Below are positions 13,683 to 23,549 of a DNA stretch of 64,000 nt, one piece after another. This DNA is from Betaproteobacteria bacterium (GTDB lineage Bacteria > Pseudomonadota > Gammaproteobacteria > Burkholderiales > Burkholderiaceae_C): NCBI GenBank assembly GCA_046341655.1, contig JBKDQY010000153.1:13856-77855 (forward strand), read 5' to 3'. Below the pieces are notes generated by a model. It was not told the DNA's origin and made no database searches. It worked only from the letters and a program-made list of their open reading frames with translations. Made by a program: the position numbers and the translations under genes. Position 1 is the stretch's first letter. Each line of letters opens with the position of its first letter.

Positions 13683-15332
13683 ATGAACGAAAGACAAACC
13701 TTGCGGCCGGTGGTCGTGGTGGGGGCCGGGCTGGCCGGCCTGACGGTCGCCCTGGAACTGGCGCGTTCGCGGCCCGTGGTGGTGCTGGCCAAGCGCGACC
13801 TCGACGAGAGCGCCACCGCCTGGGCACAGGGCGGCATCGTCGGCGTGCTGGGCGCCGACGACAGCGTCGAGAGCCACGTCCGCGACACGCAGGAGGCCGG
13901 CGCCGGCATCGTCGACGAGCACGCCGCGCGCTTCATGGCCGAGCACAGCGCCGCAGCCGTGCAGTGGCTGGTGGAGCAGGGCGTGGGCTTTTCGCCCGAT
14001 CCCGAGGGCCCGCTCGGCCTGCACCTCACGCGCGAGGGCGGCCACGCGGTGCGCCGCATCGCCCACGCCGCCGATGCCACCGGCCGCGCGATCCACGACG
14101 CCTTGCTGGCGCGCGCCCGCGCCCACCCGAACATCGTGCTGCGCGAGCGCTGGGTGGCGGTGGACCTGATCACCGGGCGCCACCTGGGCCCGCCCGGCGG
14201 CGCACCGCGCTGCCACGGCGTCTACGCCCTCGACATGGACCGCGGCCGCGTCGAGACGCTGGCTGCCGACGCGGTGGTGCTGGCCACGGGCGGCGTCGGC
14301 AAGGTCTACCGCTACACCAGCAACCCCGACACCGCCACCGGCGACGGCATCGCGATGGCCTGGCGCGCAGGCTGCCGGGTGGCGAACATGGAGTTCATCC
14401 AGTTCCACCCCACATGCCTCTACCACCCCCAGGAGCGCAGCTTCCTCATCACCGAGGCCCTCCGCGGCGAGGGTGCGGTGCTGACGCTGCCGTCCACCGG
14501 GCCGGGCGACCCCGGAGGCCGGCGCTTCATGCCGGCGCACGACGAGCGCGCCGAACTCGCGCCGCGCGACATCGTGGCCCGTGCCATCGACTTCGAGATG
14601 AAGAAGCACGGCCTCGACCACGTCTGGCTCGACGCACGCCCCATCGTCGCGGCCAAGGGCGAGGGCTTCCTGAAGGAACACTTCCCGACGATCCACGCGC
14701 GCTGCGGCCAGCTGGGCATCGACATCGCGCGCCAGCCCATCCCGGTGGTGCCGGCGGCGCACTACACCTGCGGTGGCGTCGTCACCGACCTGGACGGCCG
14801 CACCGACCTGCCGCGCCTGTTCGCGGTGGGCGAGACCACCTACACCGGCCTGCACGGCGCCAACCGGCTGGCCAGCAACTCGCTACTGGAGTGCGTGGTG
14901 CTGGGACGCAGCTGCGCGGAGGCGATCGCGCGGCTGCCCGCGGCCGCTGCGCCCGAGCCGCCGCCCTGGGACGAGAGCCAGGTCGAGGACGCCGACGAGC
15001 AAGTGGTGATCGCGCACAACTGGGACGAGCTCCGCCTGCTGATGTGGAACTACGTCGGCATCGTGCGCACCACCAAGCGGCTGGAGCGAGCGCTGCACCG
15101 CATCAAGCTTCTGCGCGGCGAGATCGACGACTACTACGCCAACTTCCGCGTCAACCGCGACCTGCTGGAGCTGCGCAACCTGGTCGTGTGCGCCGAGCTG
15201 ATCGTGCGCAGCGCGCTGCGCCGGCACGAGAGCCGAGGCCTGCACTACAGCCGCGACTTCCCGCAGACGCTGCCGGTGAGCTTCCCGACCGTGCTGACCA
15301 GGCCGGCGCGCAGCATGTCGCGGGGCGGGTGA
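13683..15332 (+). CDS. nadB: L-aspartate oxidase
   Basis: [14 protein letters not shown] motif, [42 protein letters not shown]. Start at the internal ATG 13683. Confidence 0.95.
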   Translation: MNERQTLRPVVVVGAGLAGLTVALELARSRPVVVLAKRDLDESATAWAQGGIVGVLGADDSVESHVRDTQEAGAGIVDEHAARFMAEHSAAAVQWLVEQGVGFSPDPEGPLGLHLTREGGHAVRRIAHAADATGRAIHDALLARARAHPNIVLRERWVAVDLITGRHLGPPGGAPRCHGVYALDMDRGRVETLAADAVVLATGGVGKVYRYTSNPDTATGDGIAMAWRAGCRVANMEFIQFHPTCLYHPQERSFLITEALRGEGAVLTLPSTGPGDPGGRRFMPAHDERAELAPRDIVARAIDFEMKKHGLDHVWLDARPIVAAKGEGFLKEHFPTIHARCGQLGIDIARQPIPVVPAAHYTCGGVVTDLDGRTDLPRLFAVGETTYTGLHGANRLASNSLLECVVLGRSCAEAIARLPAAAAPEPPPWDESQVEDADEQVVIAHNWDELRLLMWNYVGIVRTTKRLERALHRIKLLRGEIDDYYANFRVNRDLLELRNLVVCAELIVRSALRRHESRGLHYSRDFPQTLPVSFPTVLTRPARSMSRGG

Positions 15333-15354
15333 AGCGCGTGCCGCTGCGGCCCGC

Positions 15355-15645
15355 TCAGCCCCGGGCCTTCATCGCCGTGCGGGCCTGGACGAAGCCGAAG
15401 GCGTACTCCACCGCCTCGGCGAGATGCCGCTCGCTCTCGCTGCGTTCGCGCTCGCTCAGGTAGAAGACGAAATCGACCTCGTGGCGGATGTACCTCGGAG
15501 CCAGCCGGTTCAGCGCCACGCAGGCCACGTCGGCCAGCAGTTCGTCGTCGTGGACCAGCCCGGGGTACTCCGGCGCCAGTTGCCGCACCGCGTCGAAGAC
15601 GGCGCGTTCGTTGTGGTTGCGGACGGTGGTGAAGTCGGTGCTCAT
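15355..15645 (-). CDS. ComFB-family small protein
   Basis: 96 aa. NHNERAVFDAV...DDELLADVACVALNRLAPRYIRHE matches the ComFB (late competence development) family signature. Confidence 0.7.
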   Translation of the reverse strand: MSTDFTTVRNHNERAVFDAVRQLAPEYPGLVHDDELLADVACVALNRLAPRYIRHEVDFVFYLSERERSESERHLAEAVEYAFGFVQARTAMKARG

Positions 15646-15729
15646 GTCGGATCCTGCCCCCGGCTGAGGCTTCGGGGCTCAGAGGGGCTTATCGGCCCGC
15701 AGGGCCCGGCCTGAAGCGACCCGGCCCGG

Positions 15730-16857
15730 TCAGGCCGCGCCGATGCCCCGAACCAGCCCGGCGGGGGCGCCGCGCTGCGGCGTGGCCAGGGCCCCGGGAT
15801 AGGCCTTCACGAAGTCGAGCATGCGCTCGATGCAGCCCGCGGCGCGGGCGCGCACCGGTTCGGGCAGGACGATCTCGCCCTGGCCCTGCTCCAGGCACCC
15901 GAGCACGCCCTGCAGGGCGTTCATCGCCATCCAGGGGCAGTGCGCGCAGCTCTTGCACGTGGCGCTGCGGCCGGCAGTGGGGGCCTCGATCAGCGTCTTG
16001 CCCGGGGCCAGCTGCCGCATGCGGTGCAGGATGCCGTTGTCGGTGGCCACGATGTACTCGCGCGCCGATCCCTCCACCACGGCCTTCAGCAGCTGCGAGG
16101 TGCTGCCCACCACGTCGGCCAGGGCCACCACGGGCGCGGGCGATTCGGGGTGCACCAGCACCTGCGCGCCGGGGTGCTCGGCCTTGAGCAGTTCCAGCTC
16201 CAGGCCCTTGAATTCGTCGTGGACGATGCAGGCGCCGTTCCACAGCAGCATGTCGGCGCCGGTCTGCTCCTGGATGTAGCGGCCGAGGTGGCGGTCGGGC
16301 GCCCAGAGGATCTTCCGGCCCTGGGCCTTCAGGTGCTCGACGATGGCCAGCGCGCAGGAACTGGTCACCATCCAGTCGGCGCGCGCCTTCACGGCGGCGC
16401 TGGTGTTGGCGTAGACCACGACCTCGCGGTCGGGGTGGGCGTCGCAGAAGGCCGCGAAGGCCTCGGGCGGGCAGCCCAGGTCGAGCGAGCAGGTGGCCTC
16501 CAGGTCGGGCATCAGCACGCGCTTGTGCGGGCTGAGGATCTTCGCCGTCTCGCCCATGAAGCGCACGCCGGCCACCACCAGCGTCTGCGCGGGGTGGTCG
16601 CGCCCGAAGCGCGCCATCTCCAGCGAGTCGGCCACGATGCCGCCGGTGGCCAGGGCGAGGTCCTGCAGGTCGCCGTCGACGTAGTAGTGGGCCACCAGCA
16701 CGGCCCCCCGGGCCTGCAGCAGCGCGGCGGCGCGCTCGCGGGCCGCGGCACGCTCGGCTGGCGGCAGCGCCGCCGGCACCTTGGCCCAGGCGTGCTGGGT
16801 GCTGCAGGCGCCGGCGGCGTCCTGGCGGGTGTAGTCGAACAGCACGGCGTCGCTCAT
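15730..16857 (-). CDS. nadA: Quinolinate synthase A
   Basis: 375 aa. [16 protein letters not shown], the C...CPWM cluster region ([14 protein letters not shown]) and the three-domain NadA layout. Confidence 0.95.
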   Translation of the reverse strand: MSDAVLFDYTRQDAAGACSTQHAWAKVPAALPPAERAAARERAAALLQARGAVLVAHYYVDGDLQDLALATGGIVADSLEMARFGRDHPAQTLVVAGVRFMGETAKILSPHKRVLMPDLEATCSLDLGCPPEAFAAFCDAHPDREVVVYANTSAAVKARADWMVTSSCALAIVEHLKAQGRKILWAPDRHLGRYIQEQTGADMLLWNGACIVHDEFKGLELELLKAEHPGAQVLVHPESPAPVVALADVVGSTSQLLKAVVEGSAREYIVATDNGILHRMRQLAPGKTLIEAPTAGRSATCKSCAHCPWMAMNALQGVLGCLEQGQGEIVLPEPVRARAAGCIERMLDFVKAYPGALATPQRGAPAGLVRGIGAA

Positions 16858-16921
16858 GGCGTCCTCGGCATCGGGTATGGGAATGTGGGGTGCGCAGCGC
16901 GGCCGTCAAGCCATGGCGGCG

Positions 16922-17812
16922 TCAGGCGGAGGCGAAGAAGCGGCTCGGCGGCACGCCCACCGAGCGCCGCACCATGGCCGAGAAGGCGCTGGCGCTGGCG
17001 TAGCCCAGCTCGGCGGCGATGTGCGCCATGGGCCGCCGGCGCGCGGCCATCGACAGCGCCTTGGCCAGCAGCACCTGCTGGCGCCACTCGGCGAAGGTGG
17101 TGCCGAGCTCCTGCCGGAACAGGCGCGCGATGGTGCGCACGCTGGCACCGCACTCGGCGGCCCAGCCGGCCAGCGTGGCGTGGCGCGCGGGGTCGTCAAG
17201 CACGGCTTCGCACAGCACGCGCAGCCGCTTGTCGGCGGGCAGGCCCACGCCCAGGGGCACCGGGCGGGCTCTCGCGAGCTCGTCCTGCACCAGGGCCGCC
17301 AGGCAGGCCTCGCGCGCGGCGGCGGCGGGCGGCTGCACGAATTGCTCGACCAGTTCGCGCAGCAGCGGCGAGACCTCCAGCACTCGGCACTGCCGCCAGC
17401 CGCCGCCGTCGTCGCCGCGGCCGCCGCCCAGGCCGGCCGGGCCGCAGGCGCCGGCTGCCTGCCACAGGTACAGCGTGCGCAGCTCGGCGTCCTCGACCAC
17501 GGTGACCACGTGCTCGACGCCGCTGGGGATCCACACCGCGCGCGACGGCGGCACGATGTAGGTGTGGCTGCCGGCACTGACGCGCAGCACGCCCGTGGCC
17601 GACCAGGCCACCTGCGCCCAGGCGTGGCGGTGCGGCGCGATGCGCGACGCCGCCGTCATGCGCCGGGCGCGCACGCGCAGCGGGTGGGCGGCCGTGGGGG
17701 CGAAGTCGGCGGGCCCCGGGGCCGGCACGTGGTCGTGCACCGGTGGCCGCGCGCCCGGGCCGCGGCGCTGCGGGCGCTGCGGTGCCGGACGGCTGGATGC
17801 GGGGCGTGCCAT
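16922..17812 (-). CDS. AraC-family transcriptional regulator (cupin N-domain plus HTH)
   Basis: HRHAWAQV...IPSGVEH cupin part and a C-terminal AraC HTH (...IAAELGYASASAFSAMVRRSVGVPPSRFF). The start codon is uncertain. Confidence 0.8.
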   Translation of the reverse strand: MARPASSRPAPQRPQRRGPGARPPVHDHVPAPGPADFAPTAAHPLRVRARRMTAASRIAPHRHAWAQVAWSATGVLRVSAGSHTYIVPPSRAVWIPSGVEHVVTVVEDAELRTLYLWQAAGACGPAGLGGGRGDDGGGWRQCRVLEVSPLLRELVEQFVQPPAAAAREACLAALVQDELARARPVPLGVGLPADKRLRVLCEAVLDDPARHATLAGWAAECGASVRTIARLFRQELGTTFAEWRQQVLLAKALSMAARRRPMAHIAAELGYASASAFSAMVRRSVGVPPSRFFASA

Positions 17813-17881
17813 GGCGCGATTTCGACAGAACTTGGCCGACTATCGTAACCCGGCCGCTGCAGCGGTCGCTAGGCTGCGGGC

Positions 17882-19144
17882 ATGTCGTCCCTCGCTTCCA
17901 AGCCGCCTGCGCCGCCGGCCGGCGCCCGCGCCGATTTCACGGTGATCGGCCTCGTGGGCCTGGCCCACGCCACCTCGCACTTCTTCCACCTGCTGCTGCC
18001 GCCGCTGTTCCCGGTGTTCATGCGCGAGTTCGGCCTGAGCTATTCCGAGCTCGGGCTGCTGGTGTCGGTGTTCTTCGTCATCAGCGGTGTCGGGCAGGCG
18101 ATGTCCGGCTTCCTCGTCGACCGTGTCGGCGCGCGGCCGGTGCTGCTGGCGGCGCTGGGCTTCTTCGTTGCCGCGGCGCTGGCGGCGGCCTCGGCGCAGG
18201 GCTATGCAGGCCTGGTGCTGGCGGCGGTGCTGGCGGGCGTGGGCAACGCGCCGTTCCACCCGGCCGACTTCACCATCCTCAACAAGCGCGTGTCGCCGGC
18301 GCGGCTGGGCCACGCGTTCTCGGCGCACGGCATCTCGGGCAACCTGGGCTGGGCGGTGGCGCCGGTGCTGCTCATCGGCGTGGCAGAGCTCTCGGGCCAG
18401 TGGCGTGCCGCCTATCTGGCTGCGGCGCTGTGGGCGCTGGCGGTGCTGGTGCTGCTGGCCCTGCGCCGCGACGACATCGACGACCGCCTGGTCGGCGCCG
18501 GCCAGGGGCCCCGCGTCGGCGCCTCCACCGCCCCGGCCGAGCACCCGATGGCCTTCCTGCGCCTGCCTTCGGTGTGGCTGTGCTTCGGTTTCTTCTTCTG
18601 GAGCACGGCGGCGCTGGCCGCGATCCAGAGCTTCGCCAGCCCGGCGCTGGCGGCGCTGTACGGGCTGCCGCTGTCGGCCACGGCCTTCGTTGTCACCGGC
18701 TACATGCTGTGCGGCGCAGCCGGCATGGTGATCGGGGGCTTCGTGGTGGCGCGGGTGCAGCGGCTGGAGCTCACCATCGGCGTGGCCATGGCCGGCGGGG
18801 CGGCGCTGCTGCTGCTGGTGGGCAGCGGGGCGCTGCCGCCCTGGCTGGCCGCCGGCGTGGCGGCCCTGGCCGGCTTCGGCACCGGACTGGCCGGGCCCTC
18901 GCGCGACATGCTCATCAAGCGCGCGGCGCCGCCGGGGGCCACCGGGCGCGTGTACGGCACGGTGTATTCGGGCCTGGACGTGGGCTTCGCGCTGGCCGCG
19001 CCGGTGTTCGGCTGGCTCATGGACCACGGTCACGCCGGCGGCGTGTTCGCGGGCTCGGCGCTGGCGCTGCTGATGGGCGTCGGCTCGGCGTCGCTGGTGG
19101 CGCTGCGGCTGCGGGGGCCGCGCGCGGCAGCGGCCGCGGCCTGA
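17882..19144 (+). CDS. MFS transporter
   Basis: 420 aa, about 12 hydrophobic segments, MFS loop motif GFLVDRVGARP. Divergent from the AraC gene. Confidence 0.85.
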   Translation: MSSLASKPPAPPAGARADFTVIGLVGLAHATSHFFHLLLPPLFPVFMREFGLSYSELGLLVSVFFVISGVGQAMSGFLVDRVGARPVLLAALGFFVAAALAAASAQGYAGLVLAAVLAGVGNAPFHPADFTILNKRVSPARLGHAFSAHGISGNLGWAVAPVLLIGVAELSGQWRAAYLAAALWALAVLVLLALRRDDIDDRLVGAGQGPRVGASTAPAEHPMAFLRLPSVWLCFGFFFWSTAALAAIQSFASPALAALYGLPLSATAFVVTGYMLCGAAGMVIGGFVVARVQRLELTIGVAMAGGAALLLLVGSGALPPWLAAGVAALAGFGTGLAGPSRDMLIKRAAPPGATGRVYGTVYSGLDVGFALAAPVFGWLMDHGHAGGVFAGSALALLMGVGSASLVALRLRGPRAAAAAA

Positions 19145-19181
19145 ACCTGGCCCGGGCCCCGGGCCGCTACAGTGAGCGCCC

Positions 19182-20900
19182 ATGTCCTCGCCGTCCACAC
19201 CCTCCCGCCTGGCCGGCCACGCGCTGGTGCAGGCGCTGATCGAACAAGGCATCACCACCTGCTTCGGCGTGCCCGGCGAGAGCTACCTCGCCGTGCTCGA
19301 CGGCTTCCACGAGCACCGCGAGCGCATCCGCTTCGTCGTCTGCCGTCAGGAAGGCGGCGCGGCCTTCATGGCCGAGGCCCAGGGCAAGCTCACCGGGCGC
19401 CCCGGCGTGTGCCTGGTGACGCGTGGGCCCGGCGCCACCAACGCCAGCATCGGCGTGCACACCGCGTTCCAGGACTCGACCCCGATGATCCTGTTCGTCG
19501 GCCAGGTGGCCAGCGACCAGCGCGACCGCGAGGCCTTCCAGGAACTGGACTACCGGCAGATGTTCGGCCCTGGCACGCTGGGCCTGGCCAAGTGGGCGGC
19601 GCAGGTCGACAGCGCCGACCGCCTGCCCGAGTACGTGGCGCGCGCCTTCCACACCGCGATGCAGGGCCGGCCGGGCCCGGTGGTGCTGGCGCTGCCCGAG
19701 GACATGCTCACCACGCCCACCGCCGCACCCGTGCTGCCTCGCGTGGAGCCCGTGCGCGCCTGGCCGGCGCCGGGGGCGCTGCGCGAACTGCGGGCGCGGC
19801 TGGTGGCGGCCGAGCGGCCCATCGTCATCGCCGGCGGCCCCGGCTGGGACGCCGAGTCAGCCGCGGCGCTGCAGCGCTTCGCCGAGAACTGGCAGCTGCC
19901 CGTGGCCTGCGGCTGGCGCTTCCAGGACACCTTCGACAACCGCCACCCGCTGTACGCGGGTGACGTCGGCATCGGCATCAACCCCCGGCTCGCGGCGCGC
20001 ATCCGCGAGGCCGATCTGGTGATCGCCCTGGGCGTGCGCCTGGGCGAGATGACCACCGGCGGCTACACGCTGCTGGCCGCGCCGCGGCCGGCGCAGGCGC
20101 TGGTGCACATCCACCCTGGGCCCGAGGAGCTGGGCCGCGTGTACGCCGCCGACCTGCCGATCCAGGCCGCGATGCCGGCGGCGGCCAAGTCGCTGGAGGC
20201 CCTGACCGCCCCGCCCGAGCTGCGCTGGCGCGCTCACGCCGAGGCCGCGCGGGCCGACTACGAGGCCAACCTCGAGGCCCCTGTCGTCGAGCCGATGGAC
20301 CTGGCCGTGGTGGTCAAGACGCTGCAGCGGCTGTTGCCCGAGAGCACGGTCTACACCAACGGCGCCGGCAACTTCGCCGGCTGGCTGCACCGCTACGGCG
20401 TGCTGCCGGGCCTGCAGCACCACGGGCGCACGCAGCTGGCGCCCACGAGCGGCGCCATGGGCTACGGGCTGCCGGCGGCGGTGGCCGCGAGCCTGCTGCA
20501 GCCGCAGCGCTGGGTCGTCAACCTGGCCGGCGACGGCGACTTCCTGATGAACGGCCAGGAGCTGGCCACCGCCACCGGCTACGGCGCGAAGCGGCTGCTG
20601 AGCATCGTCGTCGACAACGGCACCTACGGCACGATCCGCATGCACCAGGAGCGCGAGTACCCGGCACGCGTGAGCGGCTCCGACCTCTTCAACCCCGACT
20701 TCGCGGCGCTGGCGCGCGCCTATGGCTGGCACGGCGAGTTCGCCGCCACCACGGCCGGCGCGGTGGCGGCGCTCGAGCGCTGCATCGCGGCGGCCGGGGC
20801 CCAGGGCCGCCCGGCCCTGCTGCACCTGAAGCTGCCGGCCGACGTGATCACGTCGCGCACGACGCTCGGTGCGATCCGTGAAGCGGCACTGAAGCGCTGA
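19182..20900 (+). CDS. Thiamine-pyrophosphate-dependent enzyme (acetolactate synthase-like family)
   Basis: 572 aa. N-terminal TPP-Pyr domain (GVPGESYLAVLDG...TRGPGATNA) and C-terminal GDGDFLMNGQELAT TPP-binding motif. Confidence 0.85.
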   Translation: MSSPSTPSRLAGHALVQALIEQGITTCFGVPGESYLAVLDGFHEHRERIRFVVCRQEGGAAFMAEAQGKLTGRPGVCLVTRGPGATNASIGVHTAFQDSTPMILFVGQVASDQRDREAFQELDYRQMFGPGTLGLAKWAAQVDSADRLPEYVARAFHTAMQGRPGPVVLALPEDMLTTPTAAPVLPRVEPVRAWPAPGALRELRARLVAAERPIVIAGGPGWDAESAAALQRFAENWQLPVACGWRFQDTFDNRHPLYAGDVGIGINPRLAARIREADLVIALGVRLGEMTTGGYTLLAAPRPAQALVHIHPGPEELGRVYAADLPIQAAMPAAAKSLEALTAPPELRWRAHAEAARADYEANLEAPVVEPMDLAVVVKTLQRLLPESTVYTNGAGNFAGWLHRYGVLPGLQHHGRTQLAPTSGAMGYGLPAAVAASLLQPQRWVVNLAGDGDFLMNGQELATATGYGAKRLLSIVVDNGTYGTIRMHQEREYPARVSGSDLFNPDFAALARAYGWHGEFAATTAGAVAALERCIAAAGAQGRPALLHLKLPADVITSRTTLGAIREAALKR

Positions 20901-21169
20901 GAGTGTGAGAGGCAATCCAATGCACCCGCGTAGGCCCCCAGAGCAGCCCCAATCTAGGCGCGAAACGAAGCCGGGTCGGGGACCCGGCGAGGCTTCGCAA
21001 CGACGAGTGGGGCTGTTCTGGGGGCCTACCCGAAGGGCTGGGGTGTTCAAGGGCCCTGCGCGTCGTTGTGTCGCTAGCCCGCACAGGCGTGCGGGCGTCG
21101 CGCCACGCCTAGCTCAGGGCCCTTGCACACCCCAGCGCGGGCGCATTGGGTTGCCTCTCACACTCTGAG
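20897..21169. repeat. 273-bp nested-palindrome element (MITE/REP-like or structured RNA)
   Basis: Outer 34-nt arms 20897-20930 / 21136-21169 (3 mismatches) enclose two further long stems: 20930-20951 / 21008-21029 (21 of 22) and 21038-21058 / 21115-21135 (20 of 21). Each stem caps a smaller hairpin. The left arm contains the TGA stop of the upstream CDS. Confidence 0.7.
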
Positions 21170-21183
21170 CGCCCGCCCGGCCC

Positions 21184-22092
21184 ATGTGCGCGGACACGAC
21201 GTTCTGGCGACGGGCCCTCCGGCGGGCCGTCCTGCTGCTGGCGGTGGCGCTGCCCGCCCACGCCGCGCTCGTGGAGCAGGTCATCGAGGTGCCGGTCAAG
21301 GTCACCAACGCCTATGGCCGCGTCGTCGAGCAGCCCATCGTCGTCAGCGTCTACCACGACAGCACCAGCCCGGTGCCGAGGCCCATCGCGCTCATCAACC
21401 ACGGCCGGGCGGCGGACGCGGCCCAGCGGGCTGCGTTCGGGCGGGCCACCGCCATCACCAACGCGCGCTGGCTCGCCGGCTTGGGCTTGCTCGTCGTCGT
21501 CCCCACACGGCTCGGGTACGGGGTGAGCGGCGGCGAGGACGTGGAGGACACCGGCCCCTGCGCGCGTAAGCGGTACCCGCCGGGCTACGAGGCCGCAGCC
21601 GTGCAGACCCTTCAGGTGCTCGACCAGGTGCGGCAGCGGCCCGATGTGCAAGCCGACCGCGTGCTCGTGCTGGGCCAGTCGTTCGGCGGTGCCACCGCCA
21701 TCGCCGTGGCGGCCAAGGGCGCGCCGGGGATCGTGGCCGCCATCAACTTTGCCGGCGGCGGCGGCGGCAATCCGCTGACCCAGCCGCAGCAGCCTTGCGA
21801 CACGCCGGGGCTGCGTGACCTGTTCGCCGGCTACGGGCGCACCGCCCGCATCCCCACCCTGTGGGTGTACGCCGAGAACGACCAGTGGATGGGCCCGGTG
21901 TACCCGCGGCAATGGTTCGATGCCTTCCAGGCGGCCGGCGGCGTGGGCGAGTTCGTGCTGTTCCCGCCCAATGGAAAGGACGGCCACGGGCTGTTCACCC
22001 AGGATCCATCGGCTTGGCGGCCCACGGTGCTGGACTTCCTCCGCAAGCACATGGACCCCGGGCTGGCGACAAAGGGCGCCGAGAAGCGCTGA
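21184..22092 (+). CDS. Secreted alpha/beta hydrolase (dienelactone-hydrolase-like)
   Basis: Signal peptide ...LLLAVALPAHAA. Nucleophile elbow GQSFGG. C-terminal ...DGHGLF supplies a His. Confidence 0.7.
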   Translation: MCADTTFWRRALRRAVLLLAVALPAHAALVEQVIEVPVKVTNAYGRVVEQPIVVSVYHDSTSPVPRPIALINHGRAADAAQRAAFGRATAITNARWLAGLGLLVVVPTRLGYGVSGGEDVEDTGPCARKRYPPGYEAAAVQTLQVLDQVRQRPDVQADRVLVLGQSFGGATAIAVAAKGAPGIVAAINFAGGGGGNPLTQPQQPCDTPGLRDLFAGYGRTARIPTLWVYAENDQWMGPVYPRQWFDAFQAAGGVGEFVLFPPNGKDGHGLFTQDPSAWRPTVLDFLRKHMDPGLATKGAEKR

Positions 22093-22152
22093 GTGCCAGG
22101 TCCGCGACCCCGCCGCCACGGGGTGCGCCCTGCACGGTCTGCGCCGGGGCCC

Positions 22153-22938
22153 TCAGCGTCCGCCAGGGGCGGCGGCGCTAGCGGCGGTGGCCGGGGCGGG
22201 TGGCAGCTTCCAGAGCTTGCCGCACAGGCCGCGGTACACGAACGCACCGCCAGGCTGCACAGGCAGGCTGCCAGCAGCCTCGGTGGAAACGGCCAGTTCG
22301 ACGGCGTGGAAGAACACGCGCTCGGCCGGCTGTGCCAGAGGCGCACTGGCGAACGTGCCGTTGGGTATCGGGCCGACCGGCCGCACCGCGCCCTGCTTGT
22401 CGATGGTCCAGAGGAAGAGGGTCTGCCCCTGCGCCAGCGCCGGCGGCGCGCTGACCTGCTTGAGGTCGACCACCTCTCCGCGCCGCAGGCTGGACACGAT
22501 GAGCCCAGGGCGCCCATGGGGGTCGGCGAGCACGCCGACGTAGCTCTCGGGCAGTTGGGTCTCCTGCGTCGCGCGGTCTGGCCGCAGCATGGGCAGCAGG
22601 GGCGCCGACAGGTGGCCGAACAACAGCCCCACGGCCAGCGCGCCGGCAGGGACTGGCGCCAGCCACCGACGCCACCAGGGCGGCGGCGTCACCCGGGGCG
22701 TGCGGAACAGGCGGTCGTGCAGTCGCTGCCACGATTGCGGCGGGATCGGTGATGGCGGCTGGGCCGCCAGCACCCCGCCCAGCCGGGCGTGCCACGCCCA
22801 CACGGCTTGCTCGACGTCGACCCGTTGCCGCATCAAGGTCTCGAAGCGCCTGCGCGCGGGTCCCCTCAAGGTGCCCAGCGCGTAGCCCGCGGCCATGCGG
22901 TCCACCGTCTGCGGGTGCTGGTGCCAGAAGACCGTCAT
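22153..22938 (-). CDS. Anti-sigma factor, RskA-like (single TM, periplasmic C-domain)
   Basis: 261 aa from the internal ATG 22938, which overlaps the sigma gene stop (ATGA). N-terminal AAGYALGTL...RRRFE, one TM helix (WLAPVPAGALAVGLLFG), and a C-terminal ...YVGVLADPHGRPGLIV...LFLWTID pattern as in the RskA domain. Confidence 0.7.
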   Translation of the reverse strand: MTVFWHQHPQTVDRMAAGYALGTLRGPARRRFETLMRQRVDVEQAVWAWHARLGGVLAAQPPSPIPPQSWQRLHDRLFRTPRVTPPPWWRRWLAPVPAGALAVGLLFGHLSAPLLPMLRPDRATQETQLPESYVGVLADPHGRPGLIVSSLRRGEVVDLKQVSAPPALAQGQTLFLWTIDKQGAVRPVGPIPNGTFASAPLAQPAERVFFHAVELAVSTEAAGSLPVQPGGAFVYRGLCGKLWKLPPAPATAASAAAPGGR

Positions 22939-23501
22939 GCCGCTTCCATGCAGGCCCGAAGCGACAGCAGGCTGCGGCGCGTCCAGGCCTTGACGGTGCC
23001 CAGCGGGCGCCGAAGCCGGGCCGACAACTCGCCGTGGGACAGGCCCTCGGCGTAGGCCAGCAGCAAGGCCTGGCGCGGCCCGGCCTCGAGCCGCTCCAGG
23101 CAGGCGCGCAGCTGCCGCTCGTCCTCTTCGAAGCGCAGCTGCTCGAACACGCCAGGCGCATCGCTGGGCGCGTCGTGATGCAACTCGTCGCCATCGTCGG
23201 AGTGCAGCTGAAGGGGCAGCTCCGGCGGCTGCCGGCGCAGGCGGTCGATGGCCTTGTTGCGGGTCACCACACACAGCCAAGCGAAGCTGCGCACGGCCGG
23301 CGCGCGCGGTGTCGAGTCGCCGTGCCACAGCCCGGCGAACACATCGTGCACGACGTCCTCGGCGGCGCCACGGTCGTGCAGCACGCGGTCCGCGGTCGTC
23401 AGCAGCACGCCGGCAGTGAGTTCGTACAAGGCCTCGAAGGCGCGGCGGTCCCCCTGGCCCACGCGCGCCAGCAGGGTCTCGATCTCTTCACGTCGGGCCA
23501 T
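22935..23501 (-). CDS. ECF-type RNA polymerase sigma factor
   Basis: 188 aa. Region 2 (AFEALYELTAG...AEDVVHDVF...WLCVVTRNKAIDRLRR) and region 4 (RQALLLAYAEGLSHGELSARLRRPLGTVKAWTRRSL). Confidence 0.85.
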   Translation of the reverse strand: MARREEIETLLARVGQGDRRAFEALYELTAGVLLTTADRVLHDRGAAEDVVHDVFAGLWHGDSTPRAPAVRSFAWLCVVTRNKAIDRLRRQPPELPLQLHSDDGDELHHDAPSDAPGVFEQLRFEEDERQLRACLERLEAGPRQALLLAYAEGLSHGELSARLRRPLGTVKAWTRRSLLSLRACMEAA

Positions 23502-23549
23502 GGGGCGATTGTCCGTGCATTGCGGGCCGTCGAGCACGGGGAGGGTCCC

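Noticed and set aside
20905-21168. 87-aa ORF (and the 78-aa minus-strand ORF 20848..21084) inside the intergenic element
   Set aside because: They coincide with the nested palindrome. The symmetric sequence creates ORFs on both strands, and there is no SD or protein-like composition.
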